64,000 bases of DNA from an uncultured Alphaproteobacteria bacterium (GTDB lineage Bacteria; Pseudomonadota; Alphaproteobacteria; HIMB59; GCA-002718135): assembly GCA_902602515.1 (NCBI GenBank), contig CACKRG010000005.1, positions 1,245 through 65,244 on the forward strand, read 5' to 3'. Each line of letters begins with the position of its first letter. Positions within the stretch are counted from its first letter, which is position 1. Below the pieces are notes generated by a model. That model made no database searches. It was not told the DNA's origin and saw only the letters and a list, made by a program, of their open reading frames with translations. Both the position numbers and the translations under genes were made by a program. Shown piece by piece: positions 62,411 to 64,000 of this stretch.

Positions 62411-64000
62411 ATGAAAAATGAAATAACAGGCGCTGAAATAGTATTAAAAAGCTTGGCTGAACAAGGTGTAGAAGTCGTATTTGGATATCCTGGTGGAGCA
62501 GTATTACCAATATACGACACTTTGTTTAAACAGAATTCAATTAAGCACGTATTAGTTAGACAAGAGGGTGGAGCTATACATGCTGCTGAAGGTTATGCCA
62601 GATCTACAGGCAAAACTGGAGTTGTTCTTGTAACATCAGGACCTGGTGCAACAAATGTTGTAACTGGATTAACTGATGCAATGATGGATAGTGTTCCTAT
62701 CGTTTGTATAACTGGACAAGTTCCACAACACTTAATTGGTAGTGATGCTTTTCAAGAATGTGATACAACAGGTATAACAAGACCTTGCACCAAACATAAT
62801 TATTTAGTTAAAGATGTTAATAAATTATCTTCTGTATTTCATGAAGCATTTACAATTGCTCAAAATGGAAGACCAGGACCTGTATTAATTGATATACCAA
62901 AAGATGTTCAATTCGCTTCTGGAAACTATGAAGAAAAAAATAAAATTATTATACCTTCTCATAGATTATTTGAGCCAAGTCCTGACTTTGAAAAAAACAA
63001 AATAGAAGAAGCAGTAGAATTAATTTCAAAGGCTAAAAAACCAATTTTTTATATTGGTGGTGGATGTATTAATTCTGGTCCAGAAGCCTCAAAATTAGTT
63101 AGAGAATTTATCAATATAGTTGGATCACCTGTAACAATGACATTAATGGGCCTTGGTGTAATAGGTTCATCAGATAAAAATTCACTTGGAATGTTAGGTA
63201 TGCACGGAATGTATGAAGCTAATATGGCAATGCATGAATGTGATGTTATGATTAATATTGGAGCAAGATTTGATGATAGAGTTACTGGAAGACTCGATGC
63301 TTTTTCTCCAAATTCAAAAAAGATCCATGTTGATATTGATGAAAGTAATATCAATAAAACAATAAATGTTGATGTTCCAATAATAGGTGATGTCAAACAA
63401 GTTGTTGAAAAAATGATTTCAGTTTGGAAAGAAAAAAAATATAAAATAGATAATGAATCATTAAAATTATGGTGGAATAAAATTAATAAATGGAAAGAAA
63501 TAGATTGTCTTAACTATAATAATAAAGGAAAGCAGATCAAACCTCAGTATGCTGTTCAAAGACTCTATGAGCTAACAAAAAATACAAAGACATTTATAAC
63601 AACTGAAGTAGGTCAGCATCAAATGTGGGCTGCTCAATTCTATAAATTTGAGGAACCAAACAGATGGCTTACATCAGGTGGTTTAGGAACCATGGGTTAT
63701 GGATTTCCTGCTGCAATAGGAGCGCAAGTTGGGCATCCAGATGCTTTAGTTGTCGATATCGCTGGAGATGCTTCTATACTTATGAATATCCAAGAAATGA
63801 GCACTGCCATTCAATATAGACTTCCTGTAAAAATATTTATTTTGAACAATGAATATATGGGAATGGTAAGACAATGGCAGGAACTTTTACATGGAGGAAG
63901 ATATTCAGAAAGTTATACTGATAGTTTACCAGATTTTGTAAAATTAGCAGAAAGTTATAAAGCAGTTGGGTTAAGAGCAAAAACTACTGATGAACTTGAT
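62411..64000 (+). CDS. ilvB: acetolactate synthase (acetohydroxy-acid synthase) large subunit, 5' partial (runs off the window)
   Basis: Not in the ORF track because there is no stop in the window. Hand translation gives MKNEITGAEIVLKSLAEQGVEVVFGYPGGAVLPIYD.... The frame was spot-checked at 63002 (IEEAVELISKAKKPIFYIGG) and 63962 (AVGLRAKTTDELD). It is ThDP-enzyme like. Confidence 0.92.
   Translation, partial: MKNEITGAEIVLKSLAEQGVEVVFGYPGGAVLPIYDTLFKQNSIKHVLVRQEGGAIHAAEGYARSTGKTGVVLVTSGPGATNVVTGLTDAMMDSVPIVCITGQVPQHLIGSDAFQECDTTGITRPCTKHNYLVKDVNKLSSVFHEAFTIAQNGRPGPVLIDIPKDVQFASGNYEEKNKIIIPSHRLFEPSPDFEKNKIEEAVELISKAKKPIFYIGGGCINSGPEASKLVREFINIVGSPVTMTLMGLGVIGSSDKNSLGMLGMHGMYEANMAMHECDVMINIGARFDDRVTGRLDAFSPNSKKIHVDIDESNINKTINVDVPIIGDVKQVVEKMISVWKEKKYKIDNESLKLWWNKINKWKEIDCLNYNNKGKQIKPQYAVQRLYELTKNTKTFITTEVGQHQMWAAQFYKFEEPNRWLTSGGLGTMGYGFPAAIGAQVGHPDALVVDIAGDASILMNIQEMSTAIQYRLPVKIFILNNEYMGMVRQWQELLHGGRYSESYTDSLPDFVKLAESYKAVGLRAKTTDELD

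Overview
The window is a very AT-rich, tightly packed chromosomal segment with almost no intergenic space. Several markers place it in the Alphaproteobacteria: a two-piece permuted tmRNA, an SspB-alpha-type adaptor, a non-zinc L36, an ELM1/DUF1022 protein and a long acidic FtsZ linker. The streamlining fits Pelagibacterales (SAR11), but that is an inference. Most of the window is core housekeeping: ispA, guaC, ggt, rpmJ, trxB, greA, carAB, the yqeY-dnaG-rpoD operon, mlaAC, uvrD, ligA, bamD, rnpB, a complete dcw cluster (mraZ to lpxC, 33.0-51.6 kb), fumC, gpmA, sspB, folA-thyA, mrp, hflKC-degP, miaA and the 5' part of ilvB. Four genes are absent from the ORF track and were read directly from the sequence: rpmJ (4181-4306), RNase P RNA (32652-32989), a two-piece tmRNA on the minus strand (about 55076-55324) and the open-ended ilvB (62411->64000). 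There are two accessory-looking regions. (1) 17.2-25.4 kb, just downstream of a tRNA-Met(CAT), holds a sugar-type ABC transporter without an ATPase gene, a class II aldolase and a four-gene oxidoreductase/TIM-barrel operon of unknown substrate. (2) 54.5-55.1 kb holds the most unusual structure in the window. A 14-nt direct repeat of the tmRNA 3' end brackets a ~0.55-kb insert. The insert carries six same-orientation copies of CTGTGTGCT, three on each side of a 71-aa membrane-anchored orphan ORF, and has no integrase. I interpret it as a miniature or decayed integrative element at ssrA. No CRISPR array, transposase, integrase or recognisable defence system was seen. All coordinates for RNAs and motifs were counted by hand. 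No homology search or covariance model could be run.
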